This document shows, piece by piece, positions 26,151 through 42,382 of a stretch of 59,567 nt of DNA. The notes under the pieces were generated by a model that searched no databases, was not told where the DNA came from, and saw only the letters and a program-made list of their open reading frames with translations. The translations under genes were made by a program, and so were the position numbers. This stretch comes from Macrostomum lignano. Lineage: Eukaryota. Within the stretch, counting starts at the first letter, position 1, and the number at the start of each line of letters is the position of its first letter. The stretch spans positions 1-59,567 of the forward strand of contig NIVC01004119.1 in the NCBI GenBank assembly GCA_002269645.1. The letters run 5' to 3'.

Positions 26151-26671
26151 CTCTTCAGGCGTGCCGCCGTGTGCTAGATTCCCTATTTCCCTGTCTAGAA
26201 ATTAAAAATTGTTAACTTTATAGAAACTTTAGTTTTCCATGGCCAGCAACTACCGTGCCTAAGGATCAATATTTTCCTAAATAGTTAACACAGTTCCAAG
26301 TATATACTGCTGGCCAATCAGTTAGATGGCGTTAGAGGTACGAAGTAGCTCTGTTATATGGGCAATAAATTCGTGCTTTGCTGCATAGGCCCGCATTTTT
26401 AATCAATACACTTCCACCGCCTTAGGGTTGGCTTGACTTGGCTTCATGCCGCATTACGGATGCAGGCCATTGATCACTCAGACAGAAGGACAGGCATAGG
26501 TAAGAGCTCATATATAGGGTGCTTTTCAATTGTTAAACAGCCCCTGAGCTGAGAACCAAATAAGAATAGGAATAGGAATAAGAAAGGACAAAGGAGACAA
26601 GTGAAATGAGAACCAAGAAAGACGCGAAGGGGCCGCCCACCCCCCAGATTAACTACCAAATGCATATGCCG

Positions 26672-26740
26672 CCCTGGTGCTAAAGCCCCTGGTGCTAAAG
26701 CCCCTGGTGCTAAAGCCCCTGGTGCTAAAGCCTCTGGTGC
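26672..26740. repeat. 15-bp tandem repeat (gcccctggtgctaaa), about 4.5 copies
   Basis: Direct reading. Confidence 0.9.
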
Positions 26741-27679
26741 TGGCGCCCCTCCAATTGATACGGCGCCCCGCCCAAAAGCACGCAGTTAATAAAGATCCTG
26801 GCTACATCCTTCTGGCAGTAATGGTTATTGAATATCTGAGGCACCAATTTCTGGACACATTCCCTGAATTAATAACTATAGGAGCATCTCACTTCTCTGC
26901 TTCTTATTGAACTAGGTTGTTCCTATCGACCAATCCGCAGTGGAAATATTCATTCAGTCGGTCATGCATGTCCATGACTGGCCAGTGGCAATGGTGTGCT
27001 GTGGTCAAAAAATTCATTTCCCTATGGGGCAGGGGTTAGGGGAGATATATCCCATCATCAGCTGGTGCGGCGAGACTATAAGCAGCCTCGTGCGTTTTCT
27101 TCTCGATCCGCGGGAATCCCCACCCGTGCTGCCGTGTCTTCCGCATATTCATCCGGTGTTGTCTCTTGCCGGGGGTTGGTGGGACTCGGACAGCGCGTGA
27201 CACAGGGCTATTGAGCATGGCTGAGAGGCTGCACCCTGCGCCTATGCGGCTGGCTGTGTCAGGCGCCAAACTCATTTCCTCTCCTAGTAGGGGTGGCTGA
27301 CGGTTGGAGGCACTTCTTTGGCCTGCTCTGCTGCCGCCTGTGCAGAGCTCTGCGTGTGTCTGATTTGCTGAATGACCGCTCCGCAAATGGCGAATGGGAA
27401 AATAGGGGAGATAGGGAGCGAGAGGCGACGAGCGTCTGGGGGGGGGACAGATGAGGGAGGCAGCGAGAGATGTGTCAAAGCCCTTCACAGCCTCCTGCGC
27501 GCAATCCCGGCAGCACGCCCAGTGCAATTTCATTTTCTTTCTCGACCTTCTCTCTCTCTTTCTCTCACTGTCTCTCGCTTAGAACGGTATAAAGTTACAG
27601 CAGGCCTATAGTTGGGAACAACTCCTTTACAAGCTAAAATCTGGTCTAACCAAAGCAACAAGCAATATAGGCATCGGCG

Positions 27680-27687
27680 TGACGTCA
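27680..27687. promoter_or_regulatory. Palindromic CRE (TGACGTCA) upstream of NOS1AP
   Basis: Perfect CRE about 380 bp upstream of the NOS1AP ATG; function untested. Confidence 0.3.
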
Positions 27688-28066
27688 TCAATCAAAAATT
27701 TCTGTAAGCAACGTCAGTTTATGTGTTGCCCATTCAATATTGCTGAAAAAAAGTTCTCCAAAGCATGCATTGTTAGCAGTTCTTATAAGGGCAACTTAAT
27801 GTTAGTCTGAAAGCCCTACTTCAAAAGTCTTTGTTGCTTTGTTTGACTTAAACGGCACAAAAAATCAATTCAAGAGGGGCAACCCCTCCTGCAACCTCCT
27901 CGCTTGGCTCCTTCCTCGCTATCGTCTCGAGCTGCGGCACTGACCAAAGAGTCCAGCTAAGAGTTGCCGGAACTCACGCACTCCCAACCCTCGTGACCGC
28001 ATCATCATTTCACGGGTAAAATCTGCAGAGCACGCTGTTTAAAGTGTTTAAGAAACGCACTCAGCC

Positions 28067-29816
28067 ATGTCAGACGACTACACACCTGAGGAGGCCAACC
28101 CGATGCATCCCGAGGAGGCCTTCCACCGGGGCATCCAGTACGAGGCCCGCTACATCGGCAGCATGGACGTGGCCAGGCCGCAGAGCCGCACAGAAATTGT
28201 TGCCGCGATGCGTCGCGTCCGATTCGAATTCAAAGCCAAGGCGGCCAAAAAGCGCAAGGTGGTCGTCGCGATCTCGTTGGACGGCGTCAGTCTGATTTTT
28301 AAACGACCGCCCAAACCCTGGCACGAGGGTTCCAGCCTGGGCGGCGGCGTCGGGCCGGGCTGCGGCCAGCTGCTCATGCACCACCCCATCTACCGGATCT
28401 TCTACGTGTCGCACGACTCGCAGGACCTGAAGATTTTCAGCTACATCGCCCGAGACAGCCATCGGAACGCGTTCAAGTGCAACGTGTTCAAAGCCGCCAA
28501 GAAGGTGCAAGCGGTGCGCATCGTGCGCACCATTGGCCAGGCCTTCGAGATCTGCCACCAGCTGTCGCTGGCATCCAAGGAGCAGCAGCAGCTGTTGCAG
28601 CAGCAGCGGTCCCAGCAGGCGGATGCTGGTAAAGCTTCATCCAAATCCGAGACAGCGGCAGCATCGGGGAAGTCGCCTCGGGAGCAGTCAAAGTCGCAGC
28701 AGTCGATGGTTTCGGTGGCCACCGAGACTTCGCCGAGCTGGGAGGAGCTCCAGCATCAGCTGATCGCTGCGGCAGCCGACGGCAGCGGTGACACCAGCGA
28801 GAGCTTTGACTGCCAGACGGCGCTCTGGCGGCGGCACAGCAGGCAACTGATGCAGCAGCAGCTGGAGCACCGGGCGCAGCAGACCCAGACCGCGCTTGCC
28901 GAAGTGCAGCTGCTTCGCGACCAGCTGGCCGCGGAGTCGGCTGCCCGGACCGAGGCTCAGTCGAGAGCGCAACGGCTGCTGGACCAGAACCGCGACCTGC
29001 TGGACCACCTCAACCAGTTGGTGCATCGGACTCGGGCCCTGGAGCTGCGCCTGCATCAGCAGCAGTTGGAGCTGCAACAGCCCAGGTAATTGAGGCACTT
29101 GACCATGTGCACCAACCCACAAGGCACAGAGTGTTGTACACGCCTGATAATGACAAAGTTGTGTTGCTGTACACCCTCTTTGTTGAGTGTGTGTCTGCGT
29201 ACGAACCCTTGTAAGTGCTCAGGTGCCAGCGGAATGGGCCTGACCATGACCCTCAGAGGTAATCTATACACTCCCTCGACATCCCCGGCCTCCCAGATGC
29301 TCCGCAGGCCAGCAGCCGCCTCACGCTTCGCTGCGAGTCCGTCCGCATCAGCAGCAGCATCCGGAGGACTCCTCTTTAGACATTGACGACAATGGCGACG
29401 TGTCGCCGGACTCCGGTCACAAGGAGATGAGTTCCGACAGTCTGTCGCAGGTGCTCAGCCTGACGCTGGAATCGGCGACCTGCCAGCAGCCGCAGCAGCA
29501 GCGAGCGGCCGCGTTGACCTCGGTGCAGCAGCGCCGGACTGTGCAGACGCCGGCGAGCCTCGACTGTCGGCGGCCGCATAGCTGGAGGTCGACGAGTGGG
29601 ACAGTCGTCTCTGCGTCCGCCTCTACCTCGGCCTCGGCCGCAACTGCTGCTGCTGCTGCTGCGGCATCGTCGGCGGCGGCAATTTCCGGTCCGGCGGCGG
29701 CCTGCTGGTCGGAGCAGTTCGCCGGTGGCGACGAGCCCGTCGGAGGAGCGTCGTCGGTCGCTGCGGCGCACTTGAACCACTCGTTCGAGTGGAACGGCGA
29801 GATTGCCGCTGACTGA
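28067..29816 (+). CDS. NOS1AP: NOS1AP/CAPON (DYC-1)-like PTB-domain adaptor
   Basis: Exons 28067-29085 and 29297-29816 (phase 2, GT-AG). The PTB domain matches CAPON closely (EIVAAMRRVRFEFKAK; PIYRIFYVSHDSQDLKIFSYIARD; AVRIVRTIGQAFEICH), followed by the CAPON coiled coil VQLLRDQLAAESAARTEAQ. Confidence 0.93.
29112..29239 (+). mobile_element. SINE-like dispersed repeat, copy 1 (in the NOS1AP intron)
   Basis: Shares ccaaccc.caaggcacag...tgtacaYgcct...gctgtacac...tgcgtac...ctcagg...gcggaatgggc with the copies at 35.8, 38.2 and 54.0 kb. Confidence 0.65.
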
Positions 29817-30004
29817 GTGAGCTGCCTACTGTAGAAGCCGTGCGGGAATATCGCAGCCAGAATCTTCACATTCGTCATCAGAGAAACCCCCCTAAGTGTC
29901 GCAAAAGTTCATAAAAATTCATTTCGATTTCGTCCAATTGTAAACGGAAAAAAGTGACATTTTACTTCATTTTAAGTCGGTTCCAGTCTTAAGTGTAATG
30001 CTGC

Positions 30005-30075
30005 TTAGTTGCTGAGCAGTTGCTGAGCAGTTGCTGAGCAGTTGCTGAGCAGTTTCTGAGCAGTTTCTGAGCAGT
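30005..30075. repeat. 11-bp tandem repeat (gctgagcagtt)
   Basis: Direct reading. Confidence 0.9.
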
Positions 30076-30799
30076 TTAATGCAACTCTATCAAGCTAATG
30101 AACTAACTCAAAAGCCAAGTGTTCAAAAGGCCAATTCACATTGAAAAAGGTCTGAACCAACTGTGCATTGATTTGAGCAATCTTGTAACCGCAGAGCTGG
30201 AGGGGGTATGTAAACCGGCCTTTAGCCTAGAAACCCGTTCGTGGAGTTCTGAAAGTAGCATCTGAAATGGAAATTCCTTCATTTAACTCGAAAAATGAGA
30301 AAAATTGTGAATCCCTAGAAATTGTGGAAGTTCTTATTGCACACATGGAGATAATTTTAGTCGCACAAAGAGTTACCACTTGTATTCTTTGCATAATCGG
30401 CTTGGTTTTTTAACACCGATTAAATATGAGCTGAGTACTTGAGTAGAGATTTTCTCTGATTTTTTTGTTATAAATTATATTTATTAATCATTTGCTTTTG
30501 TGCTGATCTGTTTCGCTGTGTGTGTACTATACTGCAGACTGTATCAACTACTCACTGTGCACAGACTCCGCATCCATTCACGGTTATTTCTCTGAATTGT
30601 GAACTGCAGTCACTTCACCGTTTGCATGTTGTCTTAGCCTGGTAGCTGTATGTGTTGTGCCGGCAAAATAAATTGGACTTTTACTTTTTTGAGCGAGTTT
30701 TGAGTCGCTTTTGGATCATGCACGCTACTAAATGTTAGTTCTAAACAATATTTACTTTTTTTAGAGTTGAAAACACTTGGAAACTATAGTGTACACCGA

Positions 30800-31062
30800 A
30801 AACCAAGCAGCACCCACCCCAAACCAGGAAGCACCCACCCTAAACCAAGCAGCACCCACCCCAAACCAAGCAGCACCCACCCCAAACCAAGCAGCACCCA
30901 CCCCAAACCAAGCACCCACCCCAAACCAAACACCCACCCCAAACCAAGCAGCACCCAGCCCAAACCAAGCACCCACCCCAAACCAAGCACCCACCCCAAA
31001 CCAAGCAGCACCCACCCCAAACCAAGCAGCACCCACCCCAAACCAAGCAGCACCCAGCCTAA
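30800..31062. repeat. 18/21-bp minisatellite (aaaccaagcagcacccacccc)
   Basis: Direct reading; source of the six-frame repetitive ORFs here. Confidence 0.95.
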
Positions 31063-31789
31063 ATCAGGTGGCACTTACTCCGAGCCGTTATAAATCCATT
31101 TATAACATCCTATACACGGAATTGACACCGCAAACCTGGATAGATTTCTAATTAGGTACATGTGCAATCAAGATCGCGGTAGATTAGATATTCATTCACC
31201 TCGTGCACCAGCGGGGTCAATTAAGAAGTGCAAAAAAGATCCGGGCCTCAGCTGAGTCCTGTCAGCCACCTCCCCCCCCCAAGCCTAATTATCGCCTTGT
31301 CCCAATTCGCACTCTGCTCAGTTAAATTAGCAGTTGCACACGGCAGGGTGAAGAGCTGCGAGCGCTCGGGAATTCAAGTGGCCCCGAAAGAGCGGACGAG
31401 GCAAGCTGAAGGACGCAGGAGAGAAAGAGGAGAGGGAACAGGCCGCGTGGAAAATTAGGGAATTCTCGTCACTCCCTTGTGCCTTCCCCCAATCTTCCCT
31501 GTTTTATCTGTCCCCAGAGTCCCTTTGGGATTTTTGCGGAAGTCGATTTCTTTGTAGCAAACCTCCGCCCTAAAGAGCCCTGCCACGCGTGGCTCACAAC
31601 AGCCCGGCCAAGCCTGTCAAAGCGATTGATGAAATAAGTGGAGTGTCGCTGATTAGATGAAGCAGAGTCTGTGCGCACCTGCTCCCGGTGCGAGCGACCG
31701 CCCTTCCTGAAACTCCGCAACCACTTTCCTCTGACTAGGCCTATAAAACTTTCCTCTCAGTCCTCTCTTCCCGTTCCCTCTCCCTCTCC

Positions 31790-32420
31790 CTTACCCTCTT
31801 CATTCCCTACTTCTCTCCATTACCCTCTTCATTCCCTACTCCTCTCCATTACCCTCTTCATTCCCTACTTCTCTCCATTACCCTCTTCATTCCCTACTTC
31901 TCTCCATTACCCTCTTCATTCCCTACTTCTCTTCATTACCCTCTTCATTCCCTACTCCTCTCCATTACCCTCTTCATTCCCTACTCCTCTCCATTACCCT
32001 CTTCATTCCCTACTTCTCTCCATTACCCTCTTCATTCCCTACTTCTCTTCATTACCCTCTTCATTCCCTACTTCTCTCCATTACCCTCTTCATTCCCTAC
32101 TCCTCTCCATTACCCTCTTCATTCCCTACTCCTCTCCATTACCCTCTTCATTCCCTACTTCTCTTCATTACCCTCTTCATTCGTGCACCAGCCCTCTTCA
32201 TTCCCTACTCCTCTCCATTACCCTCTTCATTCCCTACTTCTCTCCATTACCCTCTTCATTCGTGCACCAGCCCTCTTCATTCCCTACTTCTCTTCATTAC
32301 CCTCTTCATTCCCTACTTCTCTTCATTATCCTCTTCATTCCCTACTCCTCTCCATTACCCTCTTCATTTCCTACTCCTCTCCATTACCCTCTTCATTCCC
32401 TACTCCTCTCCATTACCCCC
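31790..32420. repeat. 29-bp pyrimidine-rich minisatellite (ccctcttcattccctacttctctccatta)
   Basis: The 29-aa periodicity of the spurious ORF confirms a 29-bp unit. Confidence 0.95.
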
Positions 32421-32986
32421 TTCCATCCCCTCTCCCTTCTGCATGTACTCAACTCAGCTTTCATTCCGTTCGTGCGTTGCTCCTAAAAAGCAGAACAGAG
32501 ATGAAGAGTAAACAGCCCAATTTCATCCGTCACTCGTCCATGTCAAGCGGCAAGGGTTAGGGAGCGATTAATGCTGGCCAAGCTCATGTCAACCAGGCCA
32601 ACCCCAAAGCTCCATTAGGCAGCCAACTAAGGGACAATGGCTACCCAACAGACTGTGTTCCTGCGGTATGGCCCTGTGGAGAATTGAACAAGCAATGAAA
32701 AGGAGAATTTTGACTGGCAGTGACTACTGCGTGGTCAGTTGCTTGGCTGCAGATTGTGCTCACGTATCAGTCGCATTGGTAGAATTCTTCACCTTCAATA
32801 CTGAAAAATGGACATTGGACAGCTAAAGTTAAATTGTATTAGTGAGATAGGGAGTTATCAGTTGTCTTAGCTCTCAACCAAGGCCACAGAAAGAACAGTT
32901 TTGAATATATTCGTTCAATTTGGGAATTTGGAAGCTCGGAAAGTAAAGATATTGTCAAATAAAGTTCTCCTGTGTAGGGATAAGTG

Positions 32987-33690
32987 CGCGGCAATGACTG
33001 GAGTACTCACAGGTGTGCGGCAATGACTGGAGCACTCACAGGTGTGCGGCAATGACTGGAGTACTCACAGGTGTGCGGCAATGACTGGAGCACTCACAGG
33101 TGTGCGGCAATGACTGGAGCACTCACAGGTGTGCGGCAATGACTGGAGCACTCACAGGTGTGCGGCAATGACTGGAGTACTCACAGGTGTGCGGCAATGA
33201 CTGGAGCACTCACAGGTGTGCGGCAATGACTGGAGCACTCACAGGTGTGCGGCAATGACTGGAGCACTCACAGGTGTGCGGCAATGACTGGAGTACTCAC
33301 AGGTGTGCGGCAATGACTGGAGCACTCACAGGTGTGCGGCAATGACTGGAGCACTCACAGGTGTGCGGCAATGACTGGAGCACTCACAGGTGTGCGGCAA
33401 TGACTGGAGCACTCACAGGTGTGCGGCAATGACTGGAGCACTCACAGGTGTGCGGCAATGACTGGAGCACTCACAGGTGTGCGGCAATGACTGGAGTACT
33501 CACAGGTGTGCGGCAATGACTGGAGCACTCACAGGTGTGCGGCAATGACTGGAGCACTCACAGGTGTGCGGCAATGACTGGAGCACTCACAGGTGTGCGG
33601 CAATGACTGGAGCACTCACAGGTGTGCGGCAATGACTGGAGCACTCACAGGTGTGCGGCAATGACTGCATGGAGCACTCACGGGTGTGCG
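32987..33690. repeat. Near-perfect 29-bp minisatellite (gcggcaatgactggagYactcacaggtgt), about 24 copies
   Basis: Period measured at 33001/33030. Confidence 0.97.
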
Positions 33691-34464
33691 GGAATGGTCT
33701 AGTCAATCGACAATATCTAGCATTGTTAAAACGCGTTAACAAACTCAGGTCATATTGATTGTGAAATCAGCTGTTTGTATGTCGAGAGCGGTGAGATTAG
33801 AAAGACAGTGGCGCAGGGTGGAGCCATGCGGGCAGTCAGTCGGGCGCATTAAACAAATTGCCTATTGCTGTCCTTCGTCAGGTCTTCTGTTATTTTTGCA
33901 TCTAAGAATGGCTTCTGGGAGTGGCATCAGGAGATCTGCTGTGAGCGCTTTTAGTCGACAGAAATGTTCCTCAAAAATTGGATTGAGCCAGGGCACAGTG
34001 AGTGTAAACCTTGTATGACTGAGAAATTAAGGGCATCCGTGGAGGTGACTTGCCTTTTTTGCAATCAGATGGTCATCAAGCATGAAATGCTTTAATGCTT
34101 TCTCCTAATTTCATCCAAGAAAAATCCTGCTTCCTGATCAGATCCAGCCCTCCTCCTCCGACAAGCCCGCCCCGCATTCAGTTCCTCAGCCCATTGTGCG
34201 GCTACCACACTAAAGAATGAAAATATCAAAACTGTAGTCAACATGAATGAAGTGACATTTTTGGAGCAAGCTTTCCCAACTGTCCGGGAGACCAAGTATT
34301 GTAGGTGGATGGCAGATAACACGGGCCACTGCCTGAGATCTGCTCCTCGAGGGCAGCGGTGACGGGAAACTAGGGGGGTAAGTGGGCTTCCAGGATGCGA
34401 AGTTACTTAAGCAGACAGTTGCAGCGAGAAGGGATAGGGGAAAGGGATGAGTCACTCGCTTTTC

Positions 34465-34858
<394 letters not shown>

Positions 34859-35804
34859 ACTCTTGTCACTTTGTGCCTGCGTCACCTTCAATTTCCCTGA
34901 GTTCATTGGCCTTTCACTGAGAACTTTTTCTCATTGAAGATGAAGCGATAGAATCGATCGAGGCTGTGCGGCAAAGTCAATTATTATCAGATAGCAAAGC
35001 TGTTCCTTGAGTCGAGAGATGAAACCAGCAGATGAGGCGCGGGGGGGAGGGGTGATTGAGAGACACGGAACCTGCCGCGGCCATCGAACGGAAGACCTTC
35101 AGACTCTGTTTGAACAGTGAGAGGCAGCGGCAGCTTCCCCGTTGTCAGCGAGGGGATCAGCGAGCGAAGGAGGCTGGAAGGGAGATCGATGGTCCCCGCC
35201 GTCCCCCTTGGCCTAAGATTAATGACGCAGCAAGCAAGTCGGGAGTGGTGGGTTGGTGCTCAGCATCTTGCAAGCTGCATGCATTATTTACAGTGCTCAG
35301 GATGCGGTCTCTATATCTATAGGAGCTCCTATGCATAAGCGGCACCGCATACATGTCCCCCTCCCTAAGCCGGTGTCTATTATTGAGTTTTTCTCGGCGT
35401 GACTTTGAATTCATGAGAGCTCGCTTGTGTGGAGTGGCAGAAGGCGGACCTGCAGGCAAGAGGCTTTGCGATGTTTTACATGCATTTGGTTAGTTGCAAT
35501 ATGGGGATCTGGCAACCCGTGGCCTGTCACCTTCGATGACATCTTGTGAACTCTTACTGTGCTACTAAGTCAGGACCCTGACTTAGGGGGGGGGGGGGGC
35601 TGTAGCTTAGTGGTCTTGTGCTCTGGGCTGAGATGCTGCTAAGATGAAGATACGAGAAGAGAGTTGCGGCGTGAGATATCAAGACTTATGGCGTGATTGC
35701 TGAAACGCTGTGCCTGCTGGGGAGACTTGCTGAGATGCCAAAGATCAATTGGAATTTGTTGGTAGGCCAAGCCAAAGGTAGAGATAAAAAAAGAGTTAAG
35801 CGGG

Positions 35805-35950
35805 CCAACCCCCAAGGCACAGTGAAGTGTACATGCCTAACGATAAATAAAGTTATGGCCGCTGTACACTTCTGTGTGAGTGCCTGTGCGTATGACTGCG
35901 TACGTATCCGCGCGCTTGTGTGCCTGCTCAGGGGAGTCGGCGGAATGGGC
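35805..35950 (+). mobile_element. SINE-like dispersed repeat, copy 2
   Basis: ccaacccccaaggcacagtgaagtgtacatgcct...gccgctgtacac...gcggaatgggc; an A-box-like tagcttagtgg lies upstream near 35603. Confidence 0.6.
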
Positions 35951-36874
35951 AGTAATGCCTCTCGCCGGTTGTGTGACAATGGTAGATTGGTTGGTATGTT
36001 GCAGAGTTGAATAACTGCTGAAATACCGAGTGCTTAAAAAAATTATTTGGCCTAACACAGTTATCATTATTTCCCTCTTAGTTGACGCTAATATATGTAC
36101 TTTTCTAGTGTACTTCTGGATGTTTGTTACGCAATAATTTGGTAGTCAATCTGCTAGCAATTAACTGTCCTATACTCTATTCTGTGGACTTTCTTGAACT
36201 ATAACTTACAAAGGTAGTATATACAATACTTGATCGTTAATCCATAGAGGCGGCGACTGCTTACTGGGGATCCGGTAAGAGAGAGAGGATTAACGTTGCA
36301 AGCTTTTGTTGAAAGATTAGCGCTGTCGGATGTTAAAAGGCTCGGTCGGTAATCCCCTGTTTATGTCCTCACTTAGTTGAGTCAGACATTTTTCTAGTTC
36401 AGAATTCGCTTTTGGGATGAAGTTTTGGTGGAATAGTCTGGGAGCAGCAGCGGAGAAAATACGCAGGATGCTTTTATTACAAAATCCCCCTGAACAATCC
36501 TTCGGGTGAAACTTTGTCAGTGGATTAGAGAGATTAGCAAATAATCTACATTTTTAATACACTGTGTCTGTACGTACTAGTACTAGTTAAGCAGTGAAAG
36601 CGTACTGGAGTCGCTGGGAGCTCTAATTTTCAAAGGCAAGCTAAGTTGCCAATGTATTTTATTTTAGTGATAGATGGTTTATAACAAATAACAAGAGTAA
36701 GCATCGGTTGAAAAGGCAAACCAATGAAAAAGTTACCAATCACCCATGCAACTAGTAAACATCATTTGTTTTGGTCATGGATGAATTCCTTCATCCATGG
36801 TTTTGGTTAGAAAAAAAGTAGTGAGGTTGAGTTGCGATTGGAAGAGAGCCGACGGAGTTTATGGTAGAAGTGGC

Positions 36875-37355
36875 GGGTTGGGGTAGGAAAGGAGGTGGAG
36901 GTTTGGGGGTAGGAAAAGAGGTGGGGGAGTTTGGGGTAGAAAGGAGGTGGGAGTTTGGAGTAGGAAAGGAGGTGGAGGTTTGGGGGTAGGAAAAGAGGTG
37001 GGGGTTTGGGGTAGGAAAGGAGGTGGGGTTTGGGGGTAGGAAAAGGAGGTGGGGGTTTAGGGGTAGGAAGGGAGGTGGGGTTTGGGGTAGGAAAGGAGGT
37101 GGGGGTTTGGTGGTAGGAAAAGGAGTTGGGGGTTTGGGGGTAAGAAAGGAGGTGGGGGGTTTGGGGGTAGGAAAAGAGGTGGGTTGGGGGTAGAAAGGAG
37201 GTGGGGTTTGGGGGCAGGAAAGGAGGGGGGTTTGGTGGTAGGAAAAGGAGTTGGGGTTTGGGGGTAGGAAAGGAGGTGGGGTTGGGGGTAGGAAAGGAGG
37301 TGGGGGTTTTGGGATAGGAAAGGAGGTGGGGTTGGGGGTAGGAAAAGAGGTGGGG
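36875..37355 (+). repeat. G-rich degenerate ~25-bp repeat (ggggtaggaaaggaggtgggggttt)
   Basis: Dense G4-G6 runs on the plus strand. Confidence 0.9.
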
Positions 37356-37508
37356 CTTCGAGGTGTAGAAAAAGGGATTGCGAATCCTGCGCCAGCATTC
37401 TCATTAGGATGCAGGGGAGAATTTGAAAAACAATGCACTAAAACAGAGTAGAGAGAATTCCAGTCGAGTCCAGCTCTTATCGAATTTCGGAGTTCAGAAG
37501 TTCGGAGT

Positions 37509-40815
<3,307 letters not shown>

Positions 40816-41519
40816 CGCTTGAACTCTTGGCGGCCAGCTGTTGTGCTGGTAGCTCTGTGTTCTTACAGTAAGGCTGCTTGTCTCTTTGCGTCTCTCACTG
40901 CCTCTCTCTTTCCGTGTGACTCGCCAAGCCCTTGAATCGATCACAATTCCCCAATAGCAGCACGCCTAAACCCGCGCCGCCTTAATCAATCAATCAGTCT
41001 GCTCTTTAGCTACAAAACTGCCAACGTACTCAGCAGTATTGTAGCTTTTTAGCAGGCGCTTTAAGTCTTTCTTGTACGTTGAATAAAAAACCTACTATTG
41101 TAGTTCTTACACCAGCATTGGATGAGGTCTGCACAGGATGCGCCAATATAGCTATCTATGTGCGAGAGCGTATAATGAATGCAAATTTTGCCCAGCAGAC
41201 ATTTGATCTGAGTGCACAATTTATTGCATTTGGTTCGCGAATCTTCTGATTAGTAACAATTTGCATTGCACAGGCTATCTACATGTATAGGGAGGCTTCT
41301 AGGGCAGAAAAGGGCGTTGGCTGCAAGACAGAATTCGAAGTTGTAGGAGTGAGAATTTATTTGATTAGCACTGAGAATGATCCAACCACGCGACCTAAGC
41401 TACAAGCGTAGATCTGGCACCCAATTTTGCTTAAATGGTTCAATGCCTTCTAATGATGTACGAACAAAATCTGCCTGTAATTACGAATTTTAATCACAAA
41501 TTAGCTTTCATAATTCCTC

Positions 41520-42015
41520 TCCGGTCCACAGCCACCCCCTCCTCTCACCGCCAGCAACCCCTCCTCTCACTCCCCGGTCACTCCCCGGCCACCCCTCCAC
41601 TCACTCCCCGGCCACCCCTCCACTCACTCCCCGGCCACCCTCCACTCACTCCCCGGCCACCCCTCCACTCACTCCCCGGCCACCCCTCCACTCACTTCCC
41701 GGCCACCCCTCCACTCACTTCCCGGCCACCCCTCCACTCACTTCCCGGCCACCCCTCCACTCACTCCCCGGCCACCCCTCCTCTCACTCCCCGGCCACCC
41801 CTCCACTCACTTCCCGGCCACCACTCCACTCACTTCCCGGCCACCCCTCCACTCACTTCCCGGCCACCCTTCCACTCACTCCCCGGCCACCCCTCCACTC
41901 ACTCCCCGGCCACCCCTCCACTCACTTCCCGGCCACCCCTCCTCTCACTTCCCGGCCACCCCTCCTCTCACTCCCGGCCACCCCTCCTCTCACTCCCGGC
42001 CACCCCTCCTCTCAC
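41520..42015. repeat. 23-bp C-rich minisatellite (ccggccacccctccactcactYc)
   Basis: Period measured at 41585/41608. Confidence 0.95.
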
Positions 42016-42382
42016 TCTTCTCAAACTCCTAGTCACATCCAACCCGCCTCATTTAAAGATGAAGGTAAAGATGAGTAGTTTTATTCGCAGTTCTATAGAT
42101 CAATCGATTTAACGGTATTATAGAAATCAATAAGTGAAATTTAATTTATATTTGAGTCATACTTTATACTTTGTTCTTTACCTTCCTTCATGGAATAATA
42201 ATCAGTAAATTTTATGCCGATATGAATGAAGCAAACGAACCACTTCAGATCGTACTTTAGAGCGTAGCAGGATTACAGGTTTGCTTAGCTCACTACTTTG
42301 CTGCTGCAAGTGAAATAATTAGTCAGTAACGAAAATAAGCAGTTTTTTTAAGTAAAGTGCAGAAAAATATTCGTTGCCATTG

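Noticed and set aside
32987-33690. CRISPR-like arrays (29-bp and 38-bp repeats)
   Set aside because: Units are head-to-tail with no unique spacers, there are no cas genes, and the context is eukaryotic.
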